Positions 28,498 through 38,739 of a stretch of DNA of 64,000 bases are shown piece by piece. The stretch lies in the NCBI RefSeq assembly GCF_050320075.1, contig NZ_CP190022.1, one strand, 5' to 3'. Made by a program: the position numbers and the translations under genes. Origin of the DNA: Escherichia coli. Its GTDB lineage: Bacteria; Pseudomonadota; Gammaproteobacteria; Enterobacterales; Enterobacteriaceae. Every line of letters starts with the position of its first letter. Position 1 is the first letter of the stretch. Under the pieces are notes generated by a model. That model was not told the origin of the DNA. It saw only the letters and a list, made by a program, of their open reading frames with translations, and did not search any database.

Positions 28498-29316
28498 TCA
28501 CCAGACGAACTCCCTGTCAGGAAACGAATCCGGCAGCAGAATGAGCGCCACCCCGTCCATTTTCTCCCTCAACGTTTTACGCTGTGCCGGCGGCCAGCGG
28601 CGCAGTGCATCAGCAAAATCCGCCGGACGCCAGGTGCGAAATTTCTCCTCAACGGCCAGGCGGTTCTGTACCAGGGCATTCAGTACGGCCCGTCCCTGTC
28701 TGACTCGCTTACGCTCATCGCTGAAAATTTCCTTCAGTGCCCGTGCATTGAGAGCAACTACCGAGGCCGGATGCAAATCAGGGAGCCAGACCATCACCCC
28801 CTGTGCGGCAGCGTAGCCGTTCAGGCAGTGCCAGGCGTGGCAGAAGACACAGAGATGAAAGGGCGGGCCTTCCGGCTGCAGCAGTTCACTTTCATTTTCG
28901 CTGAGTGCATCTGTTGTGACGATTTGTGACTTTTCCACATGACGCAGGGCCAGTCGCCTGGCCGACAGGCGGGCCTGTGCCAGGGACCGCTCCGCATCCT
29001 GCAGGGTTCGGGTGTGTTTCTTTTTTTCGTCAGCGTTTTCCGGTACCGGATGTTTTTTCAGGCGCATCACCCGGGTGAGGTTTTTTTCCAGCAGGACGAC
29101 CGTATCCCGGCAGGTGTCAGCCATCTGCTGTAATGGCCATGAATCCTCCAGAATGAAGCGGTGAGTGACGGTCCTGCGACAGCAGGGACAGCGTCCGGGT
29201 GTTGAGAGCACGGGTGGTGGCAGCAGGGATTCACCGCTGAATACCGTGTCCGGTTGCGGGAGCGGGAAAAGCCAGCGTTCCCGGGCCGGGGCGATGAGTG
29301 GCGGTGTTTTGTTCAT
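28498..29316 (-). CDS. traT: TraT, Cys-rich DotN/IcmJ-like protein
   Basis: 272 aa; Cys clusters PGRCPCCRR and HLCVFCHAWHC; position before traU matches icmJ-icmB order. Confidence 0.55.
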   Translation of the reverse strand: MNKTPPLIAPARERWLFPLPQPDTVFSGESLLPPPVLSTPGRCPCCRRTVTHRFILEDSWPLQQMADTCRDTVVLLEKNLTRVMRLKKHPVPENADEKKKHTRTLQDAERSLAQARLSARRLALRHVEKSQIVTTDALSENESELLQPEGPPFHLCVFCHAWHCLNGYAAAQGVMVWLPDLHPASVVALNARALKEIFSDERKRVRQGRAVLNALVQNRLAVEEKFRTWRPADFADALRRWPPAQRKTLREKMDGVALILLPDSFPDREFVW

Positions 29317-29482
29317 ACGTTTTTCTCTCTGTATACAGGGTGACGGCAGCCAGAATCAGTGCTGCGATGGCGGTGGAATAACATTCTGCAAACACAAACT
29401 CCTGATTATCCCGGTTGTCGCGGGCAATCACGTTGCCGTGCTCTGTTCTGAGCAGGGTGAAAGGGGGCAGCTCACAGGACAT
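29231..29482 (-). CDS. TraS-like small protein (83 aa)
   Basis: Internal Met MSCELPPF with gaagagga RBS; overlaps the traT start by about 85 nt. Confidence 0.3.
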   Translation of the reverse strand: MSCELPPFTLLRTEHGNVIARDNRDNQEFVFAECYSTAIAALILAAVTLYTERKTYEQNTATHRPGPGTLAFPAPATGHGIQR

Positions 29483-29538
29483 GGTCTGGTCCTCTTCATT
29501 GTGTGAAGACGGCACCGGGAAACCGGTGCCGTTGTGGA

Positions 29539-29937
29539 TTAACTGATGGAGACCGGAGAAAGACCGAGCGTTTTCTGTCCACTGCTCATCATTTCCGGTA
29601 CGACGGCAAGACAGGCACCGACCACAATGGACAGTATGCAGGCCACCCCTGCTCCGGGTTTTTTACCGATTTGTTTGAGGCCAAGCAGGCCGGCAATAAA
29701 GAGCACCAGACCAATAACCTGAGCGATGGTCACAAATGAACTGCTGGAGCCTTTTGCACCATCGCCAACGGTTTTGATCATATCGAATAGGGTGTTTGCC
29801 ATCGCTGTGTGGGGCAGCAGTATCACGGGAAGCAGAAGTAACAGGCGTATCAGCCGATCACGGCAGGCCACCAGGCATAACTGAACATAAATAAATGCAG
29901 CGCACAGACGCGCCGCCATGGCACGGAATCGTGACAT
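29539..29937 (-). CDS. traR: TraR, IcmD/DotP-like small membrane protein
   Basis: 132 aa, hydrophobic; named by synteny. Confidence 0.55.
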   Translation of the reverse strand: MSRFRAMAARLCAAFIYVQLCLVACRDRLIRLLLLLPVILLPHTAMANTLFDMIKTVGDGAKGSSSSFVTIAQVIGLVLFIAGLLGLKQIGKKPGAGVACILSIVVGACLAVVPEMMSSGQKTLGLSPVSIS

Positions 29938-29983
29938 ATAGTCTCCTTAACTAACAGACTGAATTACTGAAAATGAATGTGGA

Positions 29984-30514
29984 TCAGAAGGCGAGACCAA
30001 GACTCGCCAGAGAGGCATCGATGACGCGATCGATAAAAACCAGCAGAACGCCGGCAACAAACTTGACGTTTCCTTTGCTGATGGACTCACTGCTGCTCAG
30101 GGCGGTATGCCCGTCCAGCAGGGATTTACGCCAGATGGAAATGCCGTTCATGGCAAACCCCACTCCGGCCAGTTTTACCAGTGAGAGCATGGCATTGGCG
30201 GCACCGGCAGCGGCACCAAAGGTGGTTGGTTGTACATAAGCGATAGGGCCGAAGGAATCTGCCCTGAATCCCATCTGGGTACCCCCGGCATTGATGAAGG
30301 ATGGCAGGGCGACCAGCATGCCGCAGATGACGATACCGGCGATAAATTTTCCCGGTCCCATACTGTGACGCCCTTCAGCCCGGGCACGCATCAGATGACC
30401 AATCAGGCCGATAATCCCCAGCAGCTCTCCCCAGGTGAAGAGAAACTCCATGCCTGCACTGAATATACCGCTGGCAAAGTTCTCTATGGCTGTCAGGGCA
30501 TCAATGCTCATCAT
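29984..30514 (-). CDS. traQ: TraQ, IcmC/DotE-like membrane protein
   Basis: 176 aa, TM helices; matches the R64 TraQ size as I recall it. Confidence 0.6.
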   Translation of the reverse strand: MMSIDALTAIENFASGIFSAGMEFLFTWGELLGIIGLIGHLMRARAEGRHSMGPGKFIAGIVICGMLVALPSFINAGGTQMGFRADSFGPIAYVQPTTFGAAAGAANAMLSLVKLAGVGFAMNGISIWRKSLLDGHTALSSSESISKGNVKFVAGVLLVFIDRVIDASLASLGLAF

Positions 30515-31224
30515 CGTAATGTACCGGCAGAGGTGATGACTGAGCGGCTGGACGGTTCAATCCGGGTGATGGTGATATTCCCCAGCCTGTCACCTTCCCG
30601 TACTGCCCAGGCGCTACCCTGCCAGCGGATCCAGGCCATTCCTTTTTCCACCGACATGATTTGCATGCCCTGCAGGCGGGAAGGCGGGGTTTTCGTTGAC
30701 TGGCCGTTATTCCCGGTCGGGATTTGCAGTGGTCCCTGCATCTGCAGGGCATGCACCTGCTTACGGGTTTCATCAAGCAACTGACGGGTTTCCTGTGCCC
30801 AGGCCTCATCTTTCCGTATGGTGTCGCCAAGGGTTGTGATGCTCTCTTTCAGCATGGTCAGGGTACGTCGGATTTCCTCATCCCGCCTGTCCAGCTCTGC
30901 TTTCAGGTCACGGGCAAGCTGCTGCATGTCTGCCTGTGGGGTGACAGGAGGCGCGGACATGGTGTTTCCGCTCCCGGTCTCCGTTATGGGCATGGGCTCT
31001 GCCCAGCTTTCGGCTGCGGGCGGTGTGACATCGAAGCCTGCATCTGCAGGGGGCTCTGAGGGTGTCCGCAGAAACTTGTACCAGATGGCGGCCAGGATGA
31101 TGAGGGCACAGCCGGCCCAGACCGGCAGGCTGTATCCCATATACTGGCGTTTCAGGAAGGATTTGCCGGATGCCGGTGCCGGCGTTTCGCCAAAGCTGCC
31201 GGGATCTTCATGTTCGTTTTTCAT
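30511..31224 (-). CDS. traP: TraP, DotF/IcmG-like bitopic protein
   Basis: 237 aa; one TM helix and a coiled-coil-like region; ATGA overlap with traQ. Confidence 0.55.
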   Translation of the reverse strand: MKNEHEDPGSFGETPAPASGKSFLKRQYMGYSLPVWAGCALIILAAIWYKFLRTPSEPPADAGFDVTPPAAESWAEPMPITETGSGNTMSAPPVTPQADMQQLARDLKAELDRRDEEIRRTLTMLKESITTLGDTIRKDEAWAQETRQLLDETRKQVHALQMQGPLQIPTGNNGQSTKTPPSRLQGMQIMSVEKGMAWIRWQGSAWAVREGDRLGNITITRIEPSSRSVITSAGTLR

Positions 31225-32552
31225 GGATAACTTTCCTGTTGTATGCCGTAGCGTTGCCGCATTTCATTCTGTTTACGGAGGACAGCTGCCTGGATTCTGT
31301 CAGAGGCCTGGTGCTCGGCCTCCGCCTGGGTGAGCGGACGTCCTGAGGATGGTGGCACTGAAGGGATACTCCCGGAGGAGGTGGGACTGATATCGTTGCT
31401 CATGACCGGCTCAACAAACAGAATTGAGACGACCTCGCCCCGTGATACTGTCACCTGACGGTAAGGTTCGCTCTCCGCCTGGCGGGTCAGCAGCTCGCTG
31501 CCCCGTTCGGCCATGCCGCCTGCCATGACGCCGGCCAGCGCCCTGCCATCAGGCATTCCCACCCTGCCGGTAAGACTGCCGTAGTTTCCCTGAAGGATCT
31601 GTGTGTTGGCGTCTTTGTAAAGACTCCCTCCCTTTCCCGCACCGCCAAGTATGGACGGCAGAACAATGTGCTTAAACCAGCGGTGGTTCACGTCGCTGGC
31701 CACGGTTGACATTCCTGTTCGTTCATTCAGGGCATATGCATTGACCTTCAGAAACATGCCCCGCCACATCATCCGGTCAAAGTGGATATCCATTCCCTTG
31801 CCGGCGAGTCTGGCGTCCTGGCTGTAGAGAACGGCTCCGGCCCATGGCCCGGCAGGTACGGAGGCCACCACGCGGGAGACAGCATTGTCAGAGTCCACTT
31901 CCGTATCAATGAAGGCAGGTACGCGGGTCAGTGCCGGTATCAGCTGGATCCCCTGACGTGTAGCCGGTGTTGCCAGACTCGTCTCCTGCAGACGGGGATG
32001 CTGTGATGTAACGGTACCGGACGGTGACGCATGAGGGGCTGTCCCGGGCGCGCCGGTGGTGCTCCACATGGCAGCTGCCACTACCGGTGGCCGGGCATCC
32101 TGATGCTGTGTGTTGATACGGGCAAGCAGTTTCTGTAATGCCTCACGCCGTTTTTCCCGGGCCGTCTGATCTTCCTGAGGAGGGGATGCGTTTTGCCCGG
32201 AAGTGCCTGACTGATCATCGGGGGGATTATCCCTTTTCTGATCGTTTCCGGTATCGGTATCCAGTCCCCGGGGCAGACTGGCGATAAACGTCTCGTTATT
32301 ACGTAACGCTTCTGCAGCACCACGTTCATTGTCAGCCCGCAGTAAATCCCGGTAGTGCTGTGTCTCCATCACGGTCCGCCCGCTGCCTGTTGTCGTGCTG
32401 TTGATATTGACTGACGAGAGCGATGCGCTGTTTTCGGGGGAAAGCCAGGTGAGCAGCAGGTATCCGCCCCCGATGATAATCACGCCCCCGAGAACCAGCA
32501 GGGCTGACAGTTTTTTGCCGGACTTTGCGGCTGTGTCCTGTTCTGCGCTCAT
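31221..32552 (-). CDS. traO: TraO, DotG/IcmE-like (VirB10-like) protein
   Basis: 443 aa; N-terminal TM helix and Pro/Gln-rich linker. Confidence 0.6.
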   Translation of the reverse strand: MSAEQDTAAKSGKKLSALLVLGGVIIIGGGYLLLTWLSPENSASLSSVNINSTTTGSGRTVMETQHYRDLLRADNERGAAEALRNNETFIASLPRGLDTDTGNDQKRDNPPDDQSGTSGQNASPPQEDQTAREKRREALQKLLARINTQHQDARPPVVAAAMWSTTGAPGTAPHASPSGTVTSQHPRLQETSLATPATRQGIQLIPALTRVPAFIDTEVDSDNAVSRVVASVPAGPWAGAVLYSQDARLAGKGMDIHFDRMMWRGMFLKVNAYALNERTGMSTVASDVNHRWFKHIVLPSILGGAGKGGSLYKDANTQILQGNYGSLTGRVGMPDGRALAGVMAGGMAERGSELLTRQAESEPYRQVTVSRGEVVSILFVEPVMSNDISPTSSGSIPSVPPSSGRPLTQAEAEHQASDRIQAAVLRKQNEMRQRYGIQQESYP

Positions 32553-32555
32553 GAT

Positions 32556-33530
32556 TTACTCCAGTTCAGGGGTGACGTGAATGGACTGACCATTCACGGA
32601 GAAGGTGAGTAAGGGAGTCACCGGCAGTTTCCACAGACGCGTACCGTCAGCAGATGCCAGCGTCTGTTCAAATTCATCCCGCAGCATGGCCCGCGATCGC
32701 ACGAGCAGATCATCGCCGTGCTGCCAGATGGTGGTGTCCGGAACATTTCCGGAGAATTTCAGCCGACGCACGGTGGGATCATCGGGAGGAACACCGTCCA
32801 GAAAGGCCTGCAGGGTGGCATCATGCAGGGCAATCTTCTCTGATGGTACGGCTACCACAGGACTGGCAGGTCCCTGACGGGGAATGCGCAGATCCAGACG
32901 GCTGTCGATCTCCTGACTCAGGGTATTGGTGTCGGTTTCACCACTGGTGATATTCAGAATGACCGGTACAGACAGTCCTTTGAGGTAGACCGTTACATTC
33001 CCTGCAGCCCAGGCGCGCAGGGGGGTGACGGAGACCATATTGCCGTTGAACTGCACATCAAAGTGACCGGGTGCCGCGTTATAAGGCGGATCCGACTGAG
33101 GCCACGGGGAGCCGTTGATGTCCGTGAACGTTACCACGCTGACGTTATGCAGTGCGGTTCGGACAAGCGGCAGACTGGCCCCGGGTGACAGATTTACCGT
33201 GAGGGAGCTGATACGGGGCACCACACTGGTGACAGGTGCGCTGATGGCCCGTTCGTTATCGGCCATTCGTCCCCGCAGTTCCCGAATTTCACCTGCATTC
33301 AGGGGGGAATCCAGTGATGCGGCTTCCTGAACAAGAGGAGAGGCAGGTGGCGGCAGGGGGCCTGTGAGTTGTGTGGCTGGCGGGGGGCCGCCTGCGGGGG
33401 CGCTCCCGGGAGTCTGTCCTGTCTTTCCGCCAGCCTGTGGGGTTCGTGCGTTCTGCCAGCCCGGGTTATCTGCAGCCGTGACAGTGCCGCACACAATAAG
33501 CAGTGCGCCAAGAAGATGATGTATTTGCAT
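32556..33530 (-). CDS. traN: TraN, DotH/IcmK-like outer-membrane-associated protein
   Basis: Start moved to MQIHHLLGALLIVCGTVTAA signal peptide (324 aa). Confidence 0.6.
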   Translation of the reverse strand: MQIHHLLGALLIVCGTVTAADNPGWQNARTPQAGGKTGQTPGSAPAGGPPPATQLTGPLPPPASPLVQEAASLDSPLNAGEIRELRGRMADNERAISAPVTSVVPRISSLTVNLSPGASLPLVRTALHNVSVVTFTDINGSPWPQSDPPYNAAPGHFDVQFNGNMVSVTPLRAWAAGNVTVYLKGLSVPVILNITSGETDTNTLSQEIDSRLDLRIPRQGPASPVVAVPSEKIALHDATLQAFLDGVPPDDPTVRRLKFSGNVPDTTIWQHGDDLLVRSRAMLRDEFEQTLASADGTRLWKLPVTPLLTFSVNGQSIHVTPELE

Positions 33531-33540
33531 GATATGAGTC

Positions 33541-34236
33541 TCAGATTCCTGCTGCGGCGTTACGGGAAACCATCTGGCTGATTTCCATGCCGCCGGGTTT
33601 GATTCGTGGGTCCACGCGCCGGACAGTGATTTCAAAGGTGAAGGCCTGCTCGGGGCGGGTGCTGGTCTGACCGACCAGACGCATCCTGACCGGATACTGG
33701 AATTTCCAGAACCAGATGCCGTTTTCCATCTGCCCCTGATTCACCAGCGTGCCGGCCCCGATAGTGGTTGTGAGGTTAAATTTCTCCTTTTTAATGGTGT
33801 CCAGAATGTTGGAGGCCTGAAGAGCATTCACATAGCCGGCAAAACCGGCTTCGGAAAAGCGTGGAGCCAGTGTCGTGATTTGTTTCCTGTAGTGGACAAA
33901 ATCCAGATTAAAAGCTTCGCTCAGCGTCATGCTGCCAAACGTCATGACGTCGCTCTGACTCCAGGCTGGCTGACTGGTGGGGGCCAGGCGGACCAGCCGG
34001 CCATTGTCGGTGGCAAAGTATTCGCGCGTCACGTCGGTGGCATGCCAGTACTGTATGATATTGCCGGTCAGACTGATGACGAGAGCTGCGCTGCTACACA
34101 GCAAGGCCCTGACCAGTCCGGGAACCAGTGCGGCCCGTTGTTCTGACTGTGCGATGGTTCTGAGCACGGGGTTATAAATATCTCCGCTGTTATCCGCTTC
34201 CGGTGAGACAGGGGAGGTGGGTTGTGCTTCGCTCAT
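33541..34236 (-). CDS. traM: TraM, Dot/Icm core membrane component
   Basis: 231 aa with one TM helix; named by synteny. Confidence 0.55.
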   Translation of the reverse strand: MSEAQPTSPVSPEADNSGDIYNPVLRTIAQSEQRAALVPGLVRALLCSSAALVISLTGNIIQYWHATDVTREYFATDNGRLVRLAPTSQPAWSQSDVMTFGSMTLSEAFNLDFVHYRKQITTLAPRFSEAGFAGYVNALQASNILDTIKKEKFNLTTTIGAGTLVNQGQMENGIWFWKFQYPVRMRLVGQTSTRPEQAFTFEITVRRVDPRIKPGGMEISQMVSRNAAAGI

Positions 34237-34247
34237 GGTGCTCCTGT

Positions 34248-34598
34248 TCAGAGGTTATAGTCTTTCCAGGGGTCGATATTCCCCGGCAGATGTTCATTCA
34301 CCCGATCCACGACGGCATCACAGACCTGGTTTTCCAGGTCGCGGAGGAGTTTGTCCAGGCTGGGGAACTGCGGAAGAGTGATGCTGACGTCCTTGATGCG
34401 GGACAGGCAGGACTGCAGGGAAGAGGCGACGTCATTCTCCCGCTGTGACCATGCCTGGCTGGCTGTGCGCGCCCGCTCCCAGGCGGCTCTGCTGCCGGCT
34501 TCGGCAGCGGCCCCCGCCCGGCAGGTGGCGGCACCTGCCACCGGTGATGCCAGGGTGATGCCGGTCAGTATGACCAGCAGCGTTTTTTTCATGTTCAT
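34248..34598 (-). CDS. traL: TraL, secreted/periplasmic small protein
   Basis: Start moved to MNMKKTLLVILTGITLASPVAGAA signal peptide (116 aa); aggacgacc RBS right after the sog stop. Confidence 0.6.
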   Translation of the reverse strand: MNMKKTLLVILTGITLASPVAGAATCRAGAAAEAGSRAAWERARTASQAWSQRENDVASSLQSCLSRIKDVSITLPQFPSLDKLLRDLENQVCDAVVDRVNEHLPGNIDPWKDYNL

Positions 34599-34614
34599 GG
34601 TCGTCCTTACCGGC

Positions 34615-37600
34615 TCATCGGCCGGGGCTGTGAGATTGTGCCTGTTGCAGAGTTTTTTCCTGCCTGTCCTCCGCCTTTTGGCTGTCAGACCACTCTTTCC
34701 AGGTCTGCTCAAAACCCAGAGAGCGGAAAAGCTTGTCCGGCTGCTCTTCCGGTTTATGGATGGCGGCAAACAACGGCGTATCCTGTTGCTTCAGGTGAAA
34801 CTGCATCATTTGTGGGGCCGGACGCTGATGAGTATTCTCATCGTGGTTGACAGCTTCACCGTAGCCGGCAAACTGCAGACCGTTATCCGTCAGTGCATTG
34901 ATGACCAGCTGACGGTTGTTTGTTGTCGGGGTGGCCAGTGCCGGGTAGAGGGTGCCGTTCAGACGGACCACTCCCTGCAGATGCTCATCTGCGCTGTGGA
35001 CCAGCAGAAGATTCAACTGACGATTGTCCTTATCGGCGGAGGCGACGGCAGGAATCAGTTCATCGGGGGCTTTACCAGCGAGGGGGAGTCGCATTGATTG
35101 ATCCTGAGGTTCTGATGCCGGTTGTCTGTCCTCACCAATGTACAGATTATTGGGAGGATTTTTGGGGGAACGAACTTCCTGCATTATCTGTGGCCAGTGT
35201 TGCTGCATTTGTGACATTACCTGACTGAATGTTTTCATCGGAAATTCCAGGATATGCTGACCAGCATGAGGAAGGTCATTATCGACGGTAATGCCGTTAC
35301 TGACAGGAGTCATGGCCCAGATATTTCGCACCCATTCCGGTTTGCCCGGTGATGAAGGTAATCTCTCCCGGGCCTGCAATGTCAGCGTGACGGGGTCGCC
35401 TTTCTGGTGGTTTTTGACCAGTTCTTCCAGGCCTTTTCCCCAGTATTCCCGTTTGCCACTGCGGTTGGTGAGCTCCACAAAAAAGCAGCGCCCTTTTCCG
35501 GGCGCATACTCTTTTTCTCCGTAGTTTGTCAGGACGGCAGTCACACTTTCACCGGGGCTGAGCTTGCCGGGCGGCTCTTCCTCCGGTGTGTCGGGTTGCT
35601 GCGGCTGTGCACTGACAGGGGCTTTTTCTGGCGCTGACGACGGGGCGGCTGGTTGTTCCGGTCTGTCGGCCCGGGGGGCTTCAGCTTTTGCCGTGACCGG
35701 CGCTTCCGGATGCGGTGTTTCAGCCGTACTGCCTGCTGTTTGTTCAGCCTCTGCCTTCGGTGACACAGGGGGTTCCGGTTGTGCCATTGTTGTTTCTTCC
35801 GGTGACTGGCGGTTGAGTTCCGGCGTGGGTCTGTGGGTGACAATGGCATCATGCACCATCTCTTTTTCCTTGCGGAGTTTTTCCAGTGCTGCCCTCTGGG
35901 CCGGGAGTTTCATGCGAACCTTGATGTCGTATTCGACAATCAGCTGCATGGCTTTTTGTTTAAAGGCATCACTGCCGGTCAGCTCGATAACGCCGCCATA
36001 GAAGTTGGTGGCCACAGCAAGGGCAGCCAGAACCTTTTTGTCATCCGCGCTGGCACCATCCACCATTTCGAGACAATAGAGTCTGTCCAGGAAGGCTGGT
36101 TCGCCGTCAACACGGAAGAGCGCTGTCCTGTCGGGAAACTCTTCGTGCTCAAGATTTTTAATAATCTCGTCCAGGTTGTGCCGCTGCGGACTGTCGGGAC
36201 GGCGGGGCGCAAAGATAATCGTGTCCGGTTCCGCTGACGATGTGTCTTCCGGGCTGTTTTCCGGTGGTGATGGTGGTGCGACCTCCTCTGTTGCTGTTTC
36301 AGCCTCCGTGGGCTTTTTCTCCTGAATAACGGAAGGTTCTGAGGTACGTGATTTCCCACCGGTCAGAAAACGGCGCAGACGGCTGAAAAGCGATGGCGTT
36401 TCAGGGTGGGCTGCTTCATTCGCTGTGCTGGTCTCAGTGGCAGACACAGGACGCTCTTCCTGCAGTTTATCTTCAGCCGTCGGTTCAGCGGTGGCCTGCC
36501 GGACTGGCTGAGTTTCTGCAGGTTCAGAAGGTGAGGCTGTTTCTGCTGTGCCGGTGTTGTGAACAGCAACCGTGGCATCGGCATTGAGCTCCTCAGCGGG
36601 TGCGTTCCTGTTGTCATCGGTGATGTCAGAGGAGTTCTCTGCGCCGGTCTCAGCGGCAGACGCAACGCTCTTTTCCTGTGCTTTATCTTCTGCCGTCAGT
36701 TCAGTGGTCACCTGCTGAACTGGCCGCATCCCGGCCGGTTCAGAAACTGTGTTTGTCTCCGCGTTGTCGGTGTTGTGAACAGTGGGGGCCCCCGGAGTGT
36801 CAGCGTTGAGATCTTCCGCAAATGCGCTCCAGTCGTCAGCGGTGGCCATGGAGACCTGCACTTGTTCTTCAGACTGCGTTGTGGTGGAGTGCTGTATCCC
36901 GGCCGCGTCGGAGAGGGAGGTTTCCGGTGTGTCTTCACTCCGGGGATGTTCTTCTGCCTGCGTGCTCTGGTTGTCAGCGGTGGTGGCAGAGGCTTTTTCT
37001 TCACCGGTATCAGCGGTAGCCACAGAGGCATTTTCTTCCCTGGTATCGGCAGCGGAAACAACGTTCTCGTGTGGTTTATCTTCTGCGGTCGGTTCAGTGG
37101 TTGCCTGCTGCACGGACTGCATCCCGGCAGGTTCAGGAAGCGTTCCTGTTTCTGCTGTGTTGGTGTTGTGAGCGGTGTCTGTACCTGTGGCGTCTGTATT
37201 GAGGTCTTCCTGGTCGCCAGCGGTAGCCGCAGAGGTATTCTCTGTGCCGGTATCAGCGGCAGACGCAATATTCTCCAGTGGTTTATCCGGGGATAACGTC
37301 TCCGTAGTTACTGACTGCAGGGATGCATAGGCGGCATAGTCATCTTCATATGCCTGGTTTTCTGTCTCTTCAGTGTGGATGTCATAAGGCGTATCCGGTG
37401 TCGCCAGCACCGTTTCCGGGGCTGTGCTCTGTTTGTTTTCAGGGGACATTTGTGGCTTCTCATCTTTTACCGGTGTGAATATCAGGTTGCCGATCACGAC
37501 AGCTTCACGGTGGTCGGCAGTGTCACTGTTGGGTGTGGGGATACCGATATGTTTTAACTGTGCGTTCATGACATGCTGAAAGTCGTCCCGTCCCCGGCTG

Positions 37601-38676
37601 GCGTCCAGGTCATTGAAATCGGTCAGTCCCTGTGCTTTTTCCTCCTCCGTAAAGGCCGGAATAATGACTTCGCCATTCGTGACTTCTGCGGCTTTTGTTG
37701 CACTAAAAACCCCCTTGTTAATTTCCCGTTGATGATCGTTGTCGGCACAGAAGACAAAGGGGCTGTCAGTCCAGATTTGGCGGGCATTTTCTGCCACGGC
37801 AATCATATTGCCGGCATCAACTGTCATCAGAACCGGAAGGCCGGTGGCTTCGTGCAGGGAGGCGGCAGTAGCGTAACCTTCCGCAAATAACAGGGGACGG
37901 CCATTTTCCGGGGTTCCGAAGGTGAACCAGTTGCCGGTTTTCTCGGAGTCTTTCAGAATGCGGGCATCCTTCCCGCCGGTGACCGGAATACGCTGGTACG
38001 AACGTATTTCCCCCCGGCCGTTGCTGAAGGGAATAACCAGCTCATTTTTATTGTTCAGCCGCACGCCAGGCGCGGCCCGGATGCCCTTGCGCGTCAGGTA
38101 TTCATGTGCTGTTGCCTGTGGCAACCCGTTAATATAGGAGCGGGCATACCGGGCCTGTTTGTTGTACTGTTGCTGCAGTTTACGTGCGTTATCATCGCGC
38201 TGTTGCTGAGCGAATGCCCGCAGATGCAGTCTGGCCAGAGGATCGTGTTGTTCTCCGCCGGAAAATACCCAGTTTGTGGGACTGTCATCGGCGCTCCGGT
38301 AGTCGCGGTACCAGCCAGCGGGGCGCCCATCAAGATAGGCTTTGTATGCGCCACTTTTGGCCCCTTTTTTGTCATCCCGGGTGGCGACTCTGTGTATGGC
38401 GCCATCCATCTGTGGCAATCCCTGAATAACCAGCCCGGCGTTTTCCAGGACCTGAGCAAATTCGGTGACCGGATCGCCGGCATCCATCGACAGTTCCTGC
38501 GGCCGGGGTAACCAGCGCTCCAGCAGAGAAAGTTCGGTACCTGCCCGGGCATACCAGAGTTTTTTTTCTGGATCCCATGCGACAGCTTTGCGGCCATTTA
38601 ACGGGGGTACTGCATTTTTTACGGCTTCTGTCTCCTCAGGCGGGACAGCAAGCCAGGTACGATATCTGGACTTCAT
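34615..38676 (-). CDS. sogL: Sog DNA primase (SogL; SogS would arise from an internal in-frame start)
   Basis: 1353 aa; N-terminal DnaG-type TOPRIM motifs FAEGYATAASL and FCADNDHQ; long acidic repetitive middle region. Confidence 0.8.
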   Translation of the reverse strand: MKSRYRTWLAVPPEETEAVKNAVPPLNGRKAVAWDPEKKLWYARAGTELSLLERWLPRPQELSMDAGDPVTEFAQVLENAGLVIQGLPQMDGAIHRVATRDDKKGAKSGAYKAYLDGRPAGWYRDYRSADDSPTNWVFSGGEQHDPLARLHLRAFAQQQRDDNARKLQQQYNKQARYARSYINGLPQATAHEYLTRKGIRAAPGVRLNNKNELVIPFSNGRGEIRSYQRIPVTGGKDARILKDSEKTGNWFTFGTPENGRPLLFAEGYATAASLHEATGLPVLMTVDAGNMIAVAENARQIWTDSPFVFCADNDHQREINKGVFSATKAAEVTNGEVIIPAFTEEEKAQGLTDFNDLDASRGRDDFQHVMNAQLKHIGIPTPNSDTADHREAVVIGNLIFTPVKDEKPQMSPENKQSTAPETVLATPDTPYDIHTEETENQAYEDDYAAYASLQSVTTETLSPDKPLENIASAADTGTENTSAATAGDQEDLNTDATGTDTAHNTNTAETGTLPEPAGMQSVQQATTEPTAEDKPHENVVSAADTREENASVATADTGEEKASATTADNQSTQAEEHPRSEDTPETSLSDAAGIQHSTTTQSEEQVQVSMATADDWSAFAEDLNADTPGAPTVHNTDNAETNTVSEPAGMRPVQQVTTELTAEDKAQEKSVASAAETGAENSSDITDDNRNAPAEELNADATVAVHNTGTAETASPSEPAETQPVRQATAEPTAEDKLQEERPVSATETSTANEAAHPETPSLFSRLRRFLTGGKSRTSEPSVIQEKKPTEAETATEEVAPPSPPENSPEDTSSAEPDTIIFAPRRPDSPQRHNLDEIIKNLEHEEFPDRTALFRVDGEPAFLDRLYCLEMVDGASADDKKVLAALAVATNFYGGVIELTGSDAFKQKAMQLIVEYDIKVRMKLPAQRAALEKLRKEKEMVHDAIVTHRPTPELNRQSPEETTMAQPEPPVSPKAEAEQTAGSTAETPHPEAPVTAKAEAPRADRPEQPAAPSSAPEKAPVSAQPQQPDTPEEEPPGKLSPGESVTAVLTNYGEKEYAPGKGRCFFVELTNRSGKREYWGKGLEELVKNHQKGDPVTLTLQARERLPSSPGKPEWVRNIWAMTPVSNGITVDNDLPHAGQHILEFPMKTFSQVMSQMQQHWPQIMQEVRSPKNPPNNLYIGEDRQPASEPQDQSMRLPLAGKAPDELIPAVASADKDNRQLNLLLVHSADEHLQGVVRLNGTLYPALATPTTNNRQLVINALTDNGLQFAGYGEAVNHDENTHQRPAPQMMQFHLKQQDTPLFAAIHKPEEQPDKLFRSLGFEQTWKEWSDSQKAEDRQEKTLQQAQSHSPGR
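36400..37330. repeat. Three to four imperfect ~250-330 bp direct repeats inside sog
   Basis: Repeated DNA blocks (e.g. ...gcagacgcaacgctcttttcctgtgctttatcttctgccgtcagttcagtgg...) encoding ...EPAGM(Q/R)(S/P)VQQ(A/V)TTE(P/L)TAEDK... several times; coordinates approximate. Confidence 0.7.
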
Positions 38677-38739
38677 GTCGTTCTCCGGGGATTAAAGATG
38701 AGGGCGTTGTGATACGCCGGGATGATGGACAAAAGAGGG

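Noticed and set aside
34638-38695. Plus-strand ORFs inside sog, including repetitive ones at 36559-37296
   Set aside because: Antisense to a primase gene with clear TOPRIM motifs; their repetitiveness just mirrors the sog internal repeats.
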